From an uncultured archaeon (GTDB taxonomy: Archaea; Iainarchaeota; Iainarchaeia; Iainarchaeales; CSSED10-239), in the NCBI GenBank assembly GCA_964463155.1, contig CAYXAY010000017.1:5734-15163 (forward strand): a DNA stretch of 9,430 bases. Direction: 5' to 3'. Numbering within the stretch: position 1 is the first letter of the stretch; each line of letters begins with the position of its first letter. This document shows positions 1 to 6,655 of the stretch, piece after piece. The notes beneath the pieces are model-generated. The model saw nothing but the letters and a program-made list of their open reading frames with translations, made no database searches and was not told where the DNA came from. The translations under genes were made by a program, and so were the position numbers.

Positions 1-2
1 TT

Positions 3-887
3 TCAGGTAAAAACCGGCTTGTAAAAAATCAGGATAATTCTAAAAAATTCTATTGTGTTGATTCCGGAAATAATAATTCAGGAAACGATAATGTATCTTT
101 CATCAACGCTAGACGAAACAAAAGAAATTTTAATGAGCAAAATATAAGAAGCTTTGGAACAAGCCCTAATAGGTCAAGAACGCAACTGTTCTCACAACCA
201 AAGAACAACAACAGGCCACACAAGAGCAATAATGGTTTTAACAATAATGGAAACAATCACAAATTTCAAAACCCTGATGTTGCAAAATACATTTCTAATC
301 TTAATATTAAAGACCAGCCAGCAGTAATTGCTGCAATCAACGATAACTTTTTGAAAGTGGACTTGCAAAAATTACATGCAATTGACGAGAAGTTGCTTGA
401 TGACGCAATAATCACAAACAACAAGGAAACTGTGGATCTTGCAATCATAGCCTATGCCTACAGAAAGCTAATCTCTAAAAAACACATTTTTTACAACCCT
501 AATTGGAAAGCATTTAAAGACAAGACAATTGCTGATTTAAAACTTGCAACAGAATTATCAAAAAAAACAGACAAAACAGAATACAATAAAAAAATAAAAG
601 AAATACAAACAGACATTGAACACACAGACAAACTATTAGGACATTTCATACATGACATTGTTTTTAATGCTAGAGCAAAACTAGCATCTTCAGCCTATGC
701 TACAGGACTTTCATTGTCCCAAGCAACTAGCCTTTTGTCAGCAGACAAAGACGCGGTTATGGAGATTATAGGACAAACAAAGATTCCAGACGAAGATTCA
801 AGGATTATTGGAAAAACCATAAAAGAAAAAGTAGAAATCTTAAAAAAGATTTCAACCAAAAAAACAAACGAAGTGATTAAGAAATGA
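3..887 (+). CDS. Hypothetical protein, 5'-partial (start lies upstream of window); Asn-rich low-complexity region followed by a C-terminal UPF0175-like HTH segment
   Basis: This frame has no stop from nt 3 to TGA 885-887 (about 295 codons) in AT-rich DNA. The ORF-track start at 351 is only the first in-frame TTG, and there is no in-frame ATG upstream. N-part reads ...SGNNNSGNDN...NNNRPHKSNNGFNNNGNNHKF. C-part AKLASSAYATGLSLSQATSLLSADKDAVMEIIGQTKIP resembles UPF0175-type antitoxin HTH (by eye). The stop overlaps the next gene start (ATGA). Confidence 0.6.
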   Translation, partial: SGKNRLVKNQDNSKKFYCVDSGNNNSGNDNVSFINARRNKRNFNEQNIRSFGTSPNRSRTQLFSQPKNNNRPHKSNNGFNNNGNNHKFQNPDVAKYISNLNIKDQPAVIAAINDNFLKVDLQKLHAIDEKLLDDAIITNNKETVDLAIIAYAYRKLISKKHIFYNPNWKAFKDKTIADLKLATELSKKTDKTEYNKKIKEIQTDIEHTDKLLGHFIHDIVFNARAKLASSAYATGLSLSQATSLLSADKDAVMEIIGQTKIPDEDSRIIGKTIKEKVEILKKISTKKTNEVIKK

Positions 888-1555
888 AGATTGTTTTCGA
901 TACAGGAGTTTTAATTAGTTTTTCTCAGACATGTTTATTGCCTGCGTTTTCTCATATAAGAGACGATATTGGGGAGTTTGTAATAACAACAGGAGTAAAA
1001 TATGAATGTATTGACAGGGTTAGAAATAACATGAGGTTTAAACTAAGCTCTCTTAGAATAAACGACCAGATCAATGAGTTTATATTTACTATTTATAAGG
1101 GAGACAAAGAACTTGATAACAAAACAAAAGAAATACTAAACCTAACAAACAGCATTTATCTAATTAATGGAAACCCACTTAATATTGTTGATTTTGGAGA
1201 AGCCGAATGCCTTGCTCTTTTAACAATAACAAACGCAAATTGCCTAGCCATTGATGAAAGAACAACAAGATTGTTGATTGAAAACCCAGAAGTGCTTTTA
1301 GAGATATTAAGAAGAAAACATTCAAACAAAAAGATAGAGTTAAGAAAAGACAAACACGATAAGTTTAAGCAAATGATTGGAAGCCCGGTAGTCATCCGTT
1401 CAGTTGACCTTTTGGCTTTTGCATATGAGAAGAATCTTTTAAAAGGAATGATAACTGATAAAGAATATCTTAAGTCAGCCTTATATTCATTAAAATTCAA
1501 TGGTTGTGCAGTGTCCTTTGAAGAGATTGAAGAGTATCTACGGAATTTAAAATAA
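884..1555 (+). CDS. PIN-domain protein (DUF3368/VapC-like nuclease fold)
   Basis: 223-aa ORF. It has N-terminal IVFDTGVLI (first acidic PIN motif), then DFGEAECLAL and AIDERTTR motifs typical of PIN/DUF3368 proteins. There is a 4-nt ATGA overlap with the upstream gene. Ends at TAA 1553-1555. Confidence 0.7.
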   Translation: MKIVFDTGVLISFSQTCLLPAFSHIRDDIGEFVITTGVKYECIDRVRNNMRFKLSSLRINDQINEFIFTIYKGDKELDNKTKEILNLTNSIYLINGNPLNIVDFGEAECLALLTITNANCLAIDERTTRLLIENPEVLLEILRRKHSNKKIELRKDKHDKFKQMIGSPVVIRSVDLLAFAYEKNLLKGMITDKEYLKSALYSLKFNGCAVSFEEIEEYLRNLK

Positions 1556-1570
1556 AAAGAAGAAAAGAGA

Positions 1571-2380
1571 ATGAAGATAGTAAAAAAGAACAAAACATAT
1601 TTTCTAAACTTTGACAATGACGCAGAAGCAAAAGACCTAGAGAATTATATAAATAAAGACTTGGAAATCAAAGTAATCAACTCTCAAACACTAGTTCTTT
1701 CTTTGAAAGAAAAAAACGCGCTAATTGTTGGACAATCCAAGGTCGTTTCAAAACCGCCGTTAGTATTAACAAAAGACGAGATTAAAAAAAAATTAATAGA
1801 TATCCTTCAAGACAAAGACTTAACATTTAAAGAAAAAGTAGAAGGTCAATTTGAAACTCTTCTTAAGTTAGAAGACCTTTTAGTCTTTAAAGAGATGTTA
1901 AAGAACAAAGAGATTGTAACCTACAAGAAATCAGACAAATACAAAAAAGCAATCTATGTTGTAAATGAAGAGAAAAAACCATCCACTCTTCCAAACATCG
2001 CAAAAGAAGTGATTTCTTCCCAAAAGACTGTTGCGGAAGACCCCGACACAATAAAGAAAGATTTCCTTAAAAAAAAATATGCTATAATAAAAACTCTTGG
2101 GGTGGCAGACAAATTTGCAAAAGAATTTTATCCTAAGTTTAAAAATAATGAGATTAAAGGGCAGAAATCCTTTGATGGTTATTTTTATGTTATTGATGTT
2201 ACTCTTTACAACAACACCCGAAAACAAATACTTTCTTGTGATCTAGACAAAAACTTCTCAATTGACGATTTATCAAAGAAGTTAGGTAAAGACCAGGATC
2301 TTTTAAAGATAGCAATAGACTTTCTTAAAGAAGAAGGAGCAATTATAGAAAAAAGAAAAAACAGTTATTGTTTAGTTTAA
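1571..2380 (+). CDS. Hypothetical Lys-rich protein, probable winged-helix DNA-binding C-terminus
   Basis: 269-aa ORF with ATG 15 nt after the PIN stop. No catalytic motif recognised. C-terminal DDLSKKLGKDQDLLKIAIDFLKEEGAIIEKRKNSY has a wHTH-like pattern, and a second similar segment sits at residues about 67-130. Confidence 0.55.
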   Translation: MKIVKKNKTYFLNFDNDAEAKDLENYINKDLEIKVINSQTLVLSLKEKNALIVGQSKVVSKPPLVLTKDEIKKKLIDILQDKDLTFKEKVEGQFETLLKLEDLLVFKEMLKNKEIVTYKKSDKYKKAIYVVNEEKKPSTLPNIAKEVISSQKTVAEDPDTIKKDFLKKKYAIIKTLGVADKFAKEFYPKFKNNEIKGQKSFDGYFYVIDVTLYNNTRKQILSCDLDKNFSIDDLSKKLGKDQDLLKIAIDFLKEEGAIIEKRKNSYCLV

Positions 2381-2400
2381 ATTAGGAGAAAAGATAAGAC

Positions 2401-2697
2401 ATGGAAACATTAACAATAGTATTACTAGTAGCAATCGGAATATTTGCAGTTGGAAATGTTCTTTTGTTTTTATTGGAAAGAAAGCAAAAGCAAAGAGAAG
2501 CGCAAAGATTACCTTTTGGCTCAGCAAAAGAAGAAATACTAAATTCCAAGGTGGATGTTTTAAACAAAAGAGTTGCTCACTTGGAAGAAAAAGAAAGACA
2601 AAAACAAGAAAAGCCAAGCATTATAACAGCAATAATCAAAAAGAAGCCAAAGAGCAAATTTCCGATTACAAAGTATAAGAAAAAGAAGAAAAAGTAA
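2401..2697 (+). CDS. Small membrane-anchored coiled-coil protein with poly-Lys tail (hypothetical)
   Basis: AGGAG at 2384-2388, 12 nt upstream of the ATG. N-terminal hydrophobic helix TIVLLVAIGIFAVGNVLLFLL, a charged helical segment, and a C-terminal KYKKKKKK. Confidence 0.55.
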   Translation: METLTIVLLVAIGIFAVGNVLLFLLERKQKQREAQRLPFGSAKEEILNSKVDVLNKRVAHLEEKERQKQEKPSIITAIIKKKPKSKFPITKYKKKKKK

Positions 2698-2699
2698 AA

Positions 2700-2768
2700 T
2701 TAAGACATCAGCCCGCCCATTTTATCATCATGAATCAGCAGGTGTTCCTTTTTCATCATCTGTCTTAA
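2700..2768 (-). ncRNA. Box C/D sRNA (archaeal 2'-O-methylation guide RNA)
   Basis: Minus strand reads 5'-UUAAGACA-G-AUGAUGA(C)-AAAAGGAACACCUG-CUGA(D')-UUC-AUGAUGA(C')-UAAAAUGGGCGGG-CUGA(D)-UGUCUUAA-3', followed by UUUU. It has a perfect 8-bp terminal stem, perfect C, D', C' and D boxes, a 3-nt D'-C' loop and a 69-nt length. A TATA box lies about 28 nt upstream on the same strand. Confidence 0.8.
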
Positions 2769-2788
2769 ATAAGATAAGAAGGGAAATA

Positions 2789-2796
2789 TATTTAAA
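2789..2796 (-). promoter_or_regulatory. TATA box (TTTAAATA on minus strand) for the box C/D sRNA
   Basis: Forward tatttaaa equals minus-strand TTTAAATA. Its 5' edge is 28 nt upstream of the sRNA terminal-stem 5' end (2768), which is the canonical archaeal spacing. Confidence 0.45.
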
Positions 2797-2835
2797 GAGG
2801 CATACACAATATTTAGATAGATAAAAACGAAAAAA

Positions 2836-3510
2836 ATGAATATCCGACAGATTGCTGAAAGGTTTGAAACCTTTGTTAAAGACGAGGCGATTGTAGCCAT
2901 TGGCACAAGCGAATATGACGCGGAGTTTATTTATGAGTTTGTAAAACTGCTTTTACATAAGAACAAAAAAGTATATTTTGTTGCAACAACTGCAAAACAA
3001 GCAACACAGTTTCATCATCTTAGCCAGCAAGTGGTTTCCTTAAGCGATAAGGAGATTGATGTTGCAATTGAGTTTGCAAACCAGGTTGATAATTATAATA
3101 ATTTTATAAAAAAAGACACAAAATCATATATCAGAGACAAAATGATTGCCCAGTCTGCTCAAAACCTAATAGTTGTCTCTAATCTTTACAATGTTGTTGA
3201 AAAAATAGACAAAGACATCTATGTAGAGATAAGTTCTTTTGCTTGGGAAAGAACAATTTTAAACCTTCAAAGCTATGGCTTTGCAAGAGTTGTAAAAGAC
3301 ACAGAAGACAATTTCATAAAAACAGAGACAGGGCATTATCTTTCAAGAATAACTCTAGACAAAAATATTTCCCTCGATGACTTTGAATACTCTATTAGAA
3401 ACATACCTGGTGTTCTAGAAACAGGGGTTTTCTTAGGTCTAGCAGACATCTTTTTTATCATTGACTCAAATGAAAACATTATACTAAAAAAAACAAGTCA
3501 AATAAAGTGA
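2836..3510 (+). CDS. rpiA: Ribose-5-phosphate isomerase A-like protein, highly divergent
   Basis: 224 aa, collinear by eye with RpiA: IVAIGTSEY (vs GxGTGST), IDVAIEFANQVD (vs DGADEVD), FIKKDTKSYIRDKMIA (vs IKGGGGALxREK), and a C-terminal NIPGVLETGVFLGLAD (vs IPGVVExGLF). Ends at TGA. Confidence 0.6.
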   Translation: MNIRQIAERFETFVKDEAIVAIGTSEYDAEFIYEFVKLLLHKNKKVYFVATTAKQATQFHHLSQQVVSLSDKEIDVAIEFANQVDNYNNFIKKDTKSYIRDKMIAQSAQNLIVVSNLYNVVEKIDKDIYVEISSFAWERTILNLQSYGFARVVKDTEDNFIKTETGHYLSRITLDKNISLDDFEYSIRNIPGVLETGVFLGLADIFFIIDSNENIILKKTSQIK

Positions 3511-3516
3511 TGTCTT

Positions 3517-3945
3517 ATGAGAGCTGCTTTTCCAAAAAAGATACCAGGAACAAGAAGACAAATTCTTCATCTTGGAAATGTTGGCGAAGATTGTGCTTAT
3601 CGTTCAAAAAAAATAGCAAAAAGATTTCCGAATTATGATTTTCATGGTATTGATTTAAAAGACATTAAAAACAAAGAGATAGATCATCCAAGTGCAGAAA
3701 CAGACCTAACATTAAAACCACTAAGGGAAGCAAGACTTGATCTTAAAAAACCAGAAAATCTAAATCAGATTCAAGCAGAATTTATAGCGGGATTAAAGAA
3801 ATTTGAATACGAATCTTTGGATTTAGTATCTAGTGATTTTTCCGTAGGCTTTTACAAAAGAGAATACAATCCCGAAAAATTAAAACCGAATGCAAAGAAA
3901 GGATTTGAGATAGGTCACCAGTATGTGTATTCTAATTCAGGATAA
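3517..3945 (+). CDS. Class I SAM-dependent methyltransferase-like protein, N-terminal part up to the in-frame TAA
   Basis: 142-aa ORF. ILHLGNVGED (degenerate motif I), FHGIDL (motif II-like), ESLDLVSSDFSV (motif IV region). It ends at TAA 3943-3945 in the middle of the Rossmann fold. Confidence 0.6.
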   Translation: MRAAFPKKIPGTRRQILHLGNVGEDCAYRSKKIAKRFPNYDFHGIDLKDIKNKEIDHPSAETDLTLKPLREARLDLKKPENLNQIQAEFIAGLKKFEYESLDLVSSDFSVGFYKREYNPEKLKPNAKKGFEIGHQYVYSNSG

Positions 3946-4200
3946 TATGCAAAAAAGATAATAGATTTAATTTATCTAAAATTAAAACCAAAAGGAAAAT
4001 TAATTCTTTATTATTCTTTAGATAAACAAAACAAAAACCAGTATTTTAAAAGAAATGTGGAAGAGGTTTTTGAAAAAAGCAAATTTAAGTATAAAATAGA
4101 AGAAGTAAATATTACAAAAATTCCTGCAGATTATAGATCTTTTTATCTATTGCATTTTAGGGGCCTCAAAATCTACAGGGTCATTGCCATAAAAGAATAG
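3946..4200 (+). other. Same-frame, stop-free continuation of the methyltransferase fold (84 sense codons, no start codon), ending at TAG
   Basis: Directly after TAA 3943-3945 the same frame reads YAKKIIDLIYLKLKPKGKLILYYSLDKQNKNQYFKRNVEEVFEKSKFKYKIEEVNITKIPADYRSFYLLHFRGLKIYRVIAIKE*. LKLKPKGKLILYY is the classic LKPGGxLxx methyltransferase motif. There is no ATG, and the only GTG/TTG are internal (GTG at 4057), which is why the ORF track misses this stretch. Confidence 0.6.
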
Positions 4201-4229
4201 TAGTATTTTTATATATTTTTATGCTTAAT

Positions 4230-4237
4230 TTTATATA
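4230..4237 (+). promoter_or_regulatory. TATA box (TTTATATA) for the tRNA-Met/tRNA-Glu unit
   Basis: TTTATATA starts 27 nt upstream of the tRNA-Met 5' end (4257), which is archaeal promoter geometry. Confidence 0.5.
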
Positions 4238-4256
4238 ATAAGTGAGATCTATTTTT

Positions 4257-4329
4257 GCCTCGGTGGTTTAGCGGTTAGAACGCCAGACTCATAATCTGGA
4301 AATCGGCGGTCCGAATCCGCCTCGAGGCA
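4257..4329 (+). tRNA. tRNA-Met (anticodon CAT), elongator type
   Basis: Manual cloverleaf: acceptor GCCTCGG/TCGAGGC, anticodon arm CCAGA-CTCATAA-TCTGG, T arm GGCGG-TCCGAAT-CCGCC, discriminator A, no encoded CCA. It lacks the A1:U72 pair and the three G:C pairs in the anticodon stem expected of an archaeal initiator. tRNA-Ile2(CAU) is not excluded. Confidence 0.88.
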
Positions 4330-4334
4330 TCTTT

Positions 4335-4408
4335 GCTCGAATAGTGTAGCACGGTAATCACATCAGCCTCTCACGCTGATAACGGGGGTCCGAATCCCCC
4401 TTCGAGCA
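4335..4408 (+). tRNA. tRNA-Glu (anticodon CTC)
   Basis: Acceptor GCTCGAA/TTCGAGC, anticodon arm TCAGC-CTCTCAC-GCTGA, T arm GGGGG-TCCGAAT-CCCCC, discriminator A, no CCA. Only a 5-nt spacer separates it from tRNA-Met. Confidence 0.88.
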
Positions 4409-4416
4409 CTTTCCGA

Positions 4417-4429
4417 TTTTTCCCTTTTT
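4417..4429 (+). terminator. Oligo-T terminator after the tRNA pair
   Basis: TTTTTCCCTTTTT lies 9 nt downstream of the tRNA-Glu 3' end. Archaeal termination commonly uses T-runs. Confidence 0.4.
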
Positions 4430-4476
4430 AAAAAAGCTTTAAAAACATATTTCTCTTTGTATTGTATTGAAAGATT

Positions 4477-6045
4477 ATGCAATTCAAACAGACACCAGAA
4501 CAACAAGCAAGAGATCTTAGATTTTACGTGCTTGAAGGAGTGTTCTGGGCAATAATGTATTACCTTGGAATAATATTTTTAGTTCCATACCTGATATCCT
4601 ATAATGCAAACACTATGCAAATTGGTTTGTTAAACACCTTACCAATATTTATTGCATCTTTCTTTGCTCTTCTGTCTTATCAGTTCCTGAAATATTTCAA
4701 ATCAGAGAAACAGTTTGCCTTGTTTTTTGCAATAATTCAAGCAGCATTATGGATTCCACTTGCATTCATAGGATACCTGTTTAATGACCAACTCGTAATA
4801 TGGCTTGTAATAATTATTTACTGCCTTATCATAACATTAGAACAACTTCCATTTGCAGTATATAGGGAATGGATTGGAAGAGTGTTTAATACAAAACACA
4901 TTGTTGAATATAATTCCCAAAAACAAATAATACTAAATCTTGTTTCAATACTCCCATTGTTTCTTGCCGGAATATTATTGGATACAATAAACAAAAGCAA
5001 TGTTATAATTGGCTTTACAATAATTTTTATAGTCGTAGCAACATTTAGATTTCTTTCAGCAATCATGATAAGCAAGATGAGCCAGACAGAGACAAGCGAA
5101 GAATTGCAGAAAGAATCAAAAGAACTAAACAAACCCGTTTTTAAGATATTTAAAAATGAGGTTTTAAAAGACAAGCAATTTAAGTATTTCTTAATAATTA
5201 CCTCTCTTGTCTATCTAGGAATGCATATTGCAGCCCCATTTTACAGATATTATTTTTTAGAAGTATTAAATTTCAGTTATAAACAATACATATTTTTAGA
5301 AATAGGAGTAATACTTGGACTAGTGCTTAGTTTCTTCTATTGGGGGAAAATATGTGACAAGTATGGTTCAACAAAAGTGTTGAAAGCAATAATTCTTTTC
5401 TTGCCAATTTATCCATTAATGGTTATTCTTTTTGGTAACAATCCGTGGTTGTTATTTTTACTTAATGTCTTTGATGGAGCAATAATGGCAGGATTTGCTC
5501 TTGGAATATTTGGTTATTTCTATCAGAACATAAAAGAGGACATAATACATCACATGGCTTTTTTTATGATATTCCAATCACTTGCAATGCTTATTGGAAC
5601 ATTAATCGGAGGATATATATCTTCAAATCCACGATTCTGGTATGAAGGTTTAGAAAAAAACGGTTTGCTTTTGATTTTCCTAATATCTATGATGTTTAGG
5701 ATATTTACAATTGGATTTGTAAGCAAGATAAAAGACACTAGCAGAGTAAAAATCAACCTACCAAAGAACATACTTCTTCAAAAACCAATAATCTTTGGTT
5801 TAAACAAATTTTTAAACTTTACAAAAGATGAAGGGAAGATTCTTGCAAAAAGGCTTTACGATGAAAGAATGGAGCTTACAAAGGAACTTCAAAAAGAAGA
5901 AAAAAGTATTAGACAGAACATAAAAAAACTTGTTGTAAAAGAAAAAGAGCTGTTTAAAGAGATATCAAAATTACAGGACAAAGATAAAAACACAAAACTA
6001 AAAGAAAAAAACGTTTTTGGCAAGGCAAAAAAACACAGAAAATAA
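4477..6045 (+). CDS. MFS-type transporter with a Lys/Glu-rich C-terminal coiled-coil tail
   Basis: 522 aa. Two blocks of about six hydrophobic helices are separated by a charged central loop (SQTETSEELQKESKELNKP...). The roughly 100-aa tail is rich in K and E. Ends at TAA. Confidence 0.75.
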   Translation: MQFKQTPEQQARDLRFYVLEGVFWAIMYYLGIIFLVPYLISYNANTMQIGLLNTLPIFIASFFALLSYQFLKYFKSEKQFALFFAIIQAALWIPLAFIGYLFNDQLVIWLVIIIYCLIITLEQLPFAVYREWIGRVFNTKHIVEYNSQKQIILNLVSILPLFLAGILLDTINKSNVIIGFTIIFIVVATFRFLSAIMISKMSQTETSEELQKESKELNKPVFKIFKNEVLKDKQFKYFLIITSLVYLGMHIAAPFYRYYFLEVLNFSYKQYIFLEIGVILGLVLSFFYWGKICDKYGSTKVLKAIILFLPIYPLMVILFGNNPWLLFLLNVFDGAIMAGFALGIFGYFYQNIKEDIIHHMAFFMIFQSLAMLIGTLIGGYISSNPRFWYEGLEKNGLLLIFLISMMFRIFTIGFVSKIKDTSRVKINLPKNILLQKPIIFGLNKFLNFTKDEGKILAKRLYDERMELTKELQKEEKSIRQNIKKLVVKEKELFKEISKLQDKDKNTKLKEKNVFGKAKKHRK

Positions 6046-6062
6046 GGTTCTGTAGAAATCCC

Positions 6063-6084
6063 TTTACAATATTAATATTGTAAA
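6063..6084 (+). terminator. Perfect 22-nt palindrome followed by a T6 run (possible terminator for the MFS gene)
   Basis: tttacaatatt/aatattgtaaa at 6063-6084, then TTTTTT at 6094-6099, located between convergent genes. The stem is AT-only, so this is weak. Confidence 0.3.
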
Positions 6085-6102
6085 AGAAATAACTTTTTTA
6101 TT

Positions 6103-6655
6103 TCAACTTAATTTTTCAATATTATAGGTTAATACCTTTAGGATAACCGGCTTTTGCGGATTATCCTGTTTAGTCGCAGTTACAAAACCGCCTGTTGTTG
6201 GCTTGATTGCGGAGATTACTGATTCTACGGGATCTTTTGTTATAAGATTTAGTTCTAAATCGCTTCATTGCTTTTATTCTGTTATCAGACACAGTCTGAT
6301 AATTTGGCGGTTTTCTAAATGGTATGTGTACTGTTATGTTATTTCCCCAACAATATTCTAGTTTTTGTAAAATGTTTTTACTTATCTTACTTACAAACAT
6401 TTGTAGAATTGTAAAGTGCGGTAGTTTCGGGATGCCAAGCATTCTCAAAACATTTGTGTCGTTTAACAACTCTGTTAAATCACGATAAGAACATTTGTGT
6501 CGTTCTTTTATAATTAGTAAATATACATGAACAAAGTTGCTGTAAAGCTTGTTAGAGTACTTAGAAAAATGAGAAGGCAATCTAACTTCGCCAAAAACGC
6601 GTTCAACTTGTTTGAAAAAGGTATTAAAACTTATCGGTTGTAATATATTTAACAT
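6103..6655 (-). pseudogene. Degraded IS4/IS5-superfamily DDE transposase (IS remnant)
   Basis: The minus ORF 6170-6655 has an N-terminal HTH-like SYRDLTELLNDTNVLRMLGIPKLPHFTILQMF, then jumps to the C-terminal HIPFRK...SYNKRS. The conserved C-terminus VESVISAIKPTTGGFVTATKQDNPQKPVILKVLTYNIEKLS* continues in another frame down to TGA 6103-6105, with the frameshift near 6229-6232. Total length is about 185 aa, so most of the DDE core appears to be deleted. Confidence 0.65.

Noticed and set aside
50-448. Minus-strand ORFs 50-256 and 266-448
   Set aside because: They are antisense shadows of the stop-free plus-strand frame 3-887. Their products are Leu/Phe-rich and low-complexity, typical of the reverse strand of Lys/Asn-rich AT-rich coding DNA.
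884-2380. The PIN gene and the following 269-aa gene share a frame separated by a single TAA (1553-1555), which could be a sixth readthrough candidate
   Set aside because: The PIN domain looks complete before the TAA. The next ORF has its own ATG 15 nt downstream with a typical MKIVKK start, and a shared frame occurs by chance one time in three. No domain is split by this TAA, unlike the three reported cases. It is worth rechecking only if TAA readthrough is confirmed.
1156-2617. Minus-strand ORFs 1156-1617, 1931-2227, 2372-2617 and 2382-2567
   Set aside because: All lie fully inside or across well-supported plus-strand genes. They have Phe/Leu/Ser-rich shadow composition and no RBS or promoter signals.
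2700-2906. Minus-strand ORF of 68 aa spanning the 2697-2836 intergenic region
   Set aside because: It is explained better by the box C/D sRNA (2700-2768), its promoter, and the antisense of the RpiA-like 5' end.
4257-4329. tRNA with CAT anticodon considered as an initiator or as a stop-suppressor
   Set aside because: The anticodon loop is CUCAUAA, so the anticodon is CAU and not UUA. The tRNA lacks A1:U72 and the three G:C pairs of the anticodon stem expected for an archaeal initiator. None of the three tRNAs here can read TAA.
4818-5771. Minus-strand ORFs 4818-5174 and 5550-5771
   Set aside because: They are antisense shadows within the MFS transporter gene.
6140-6167. Imperfect hairpin aggataaccg...cgg(a)ttatcct, with 9-mers aaccggctt and caggataat also present at 12-20 and 30-38
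   Set aside because: The hairpin lies inside the conserved C-terminal coding frame of the transposase relic. The distant 9-mer matches are in different relative orientation, lie inside an unrelated coding frame, and do not extend. They are treated as coincidence.
6229-6232. Programmed ribosomal frameshift in the transposase
   Set aside because: The shift needed is +1 or -2 and there is no A6G/A7-type slippery heptamer. Combined with the missing DDE core, simple decay is the better explanation.
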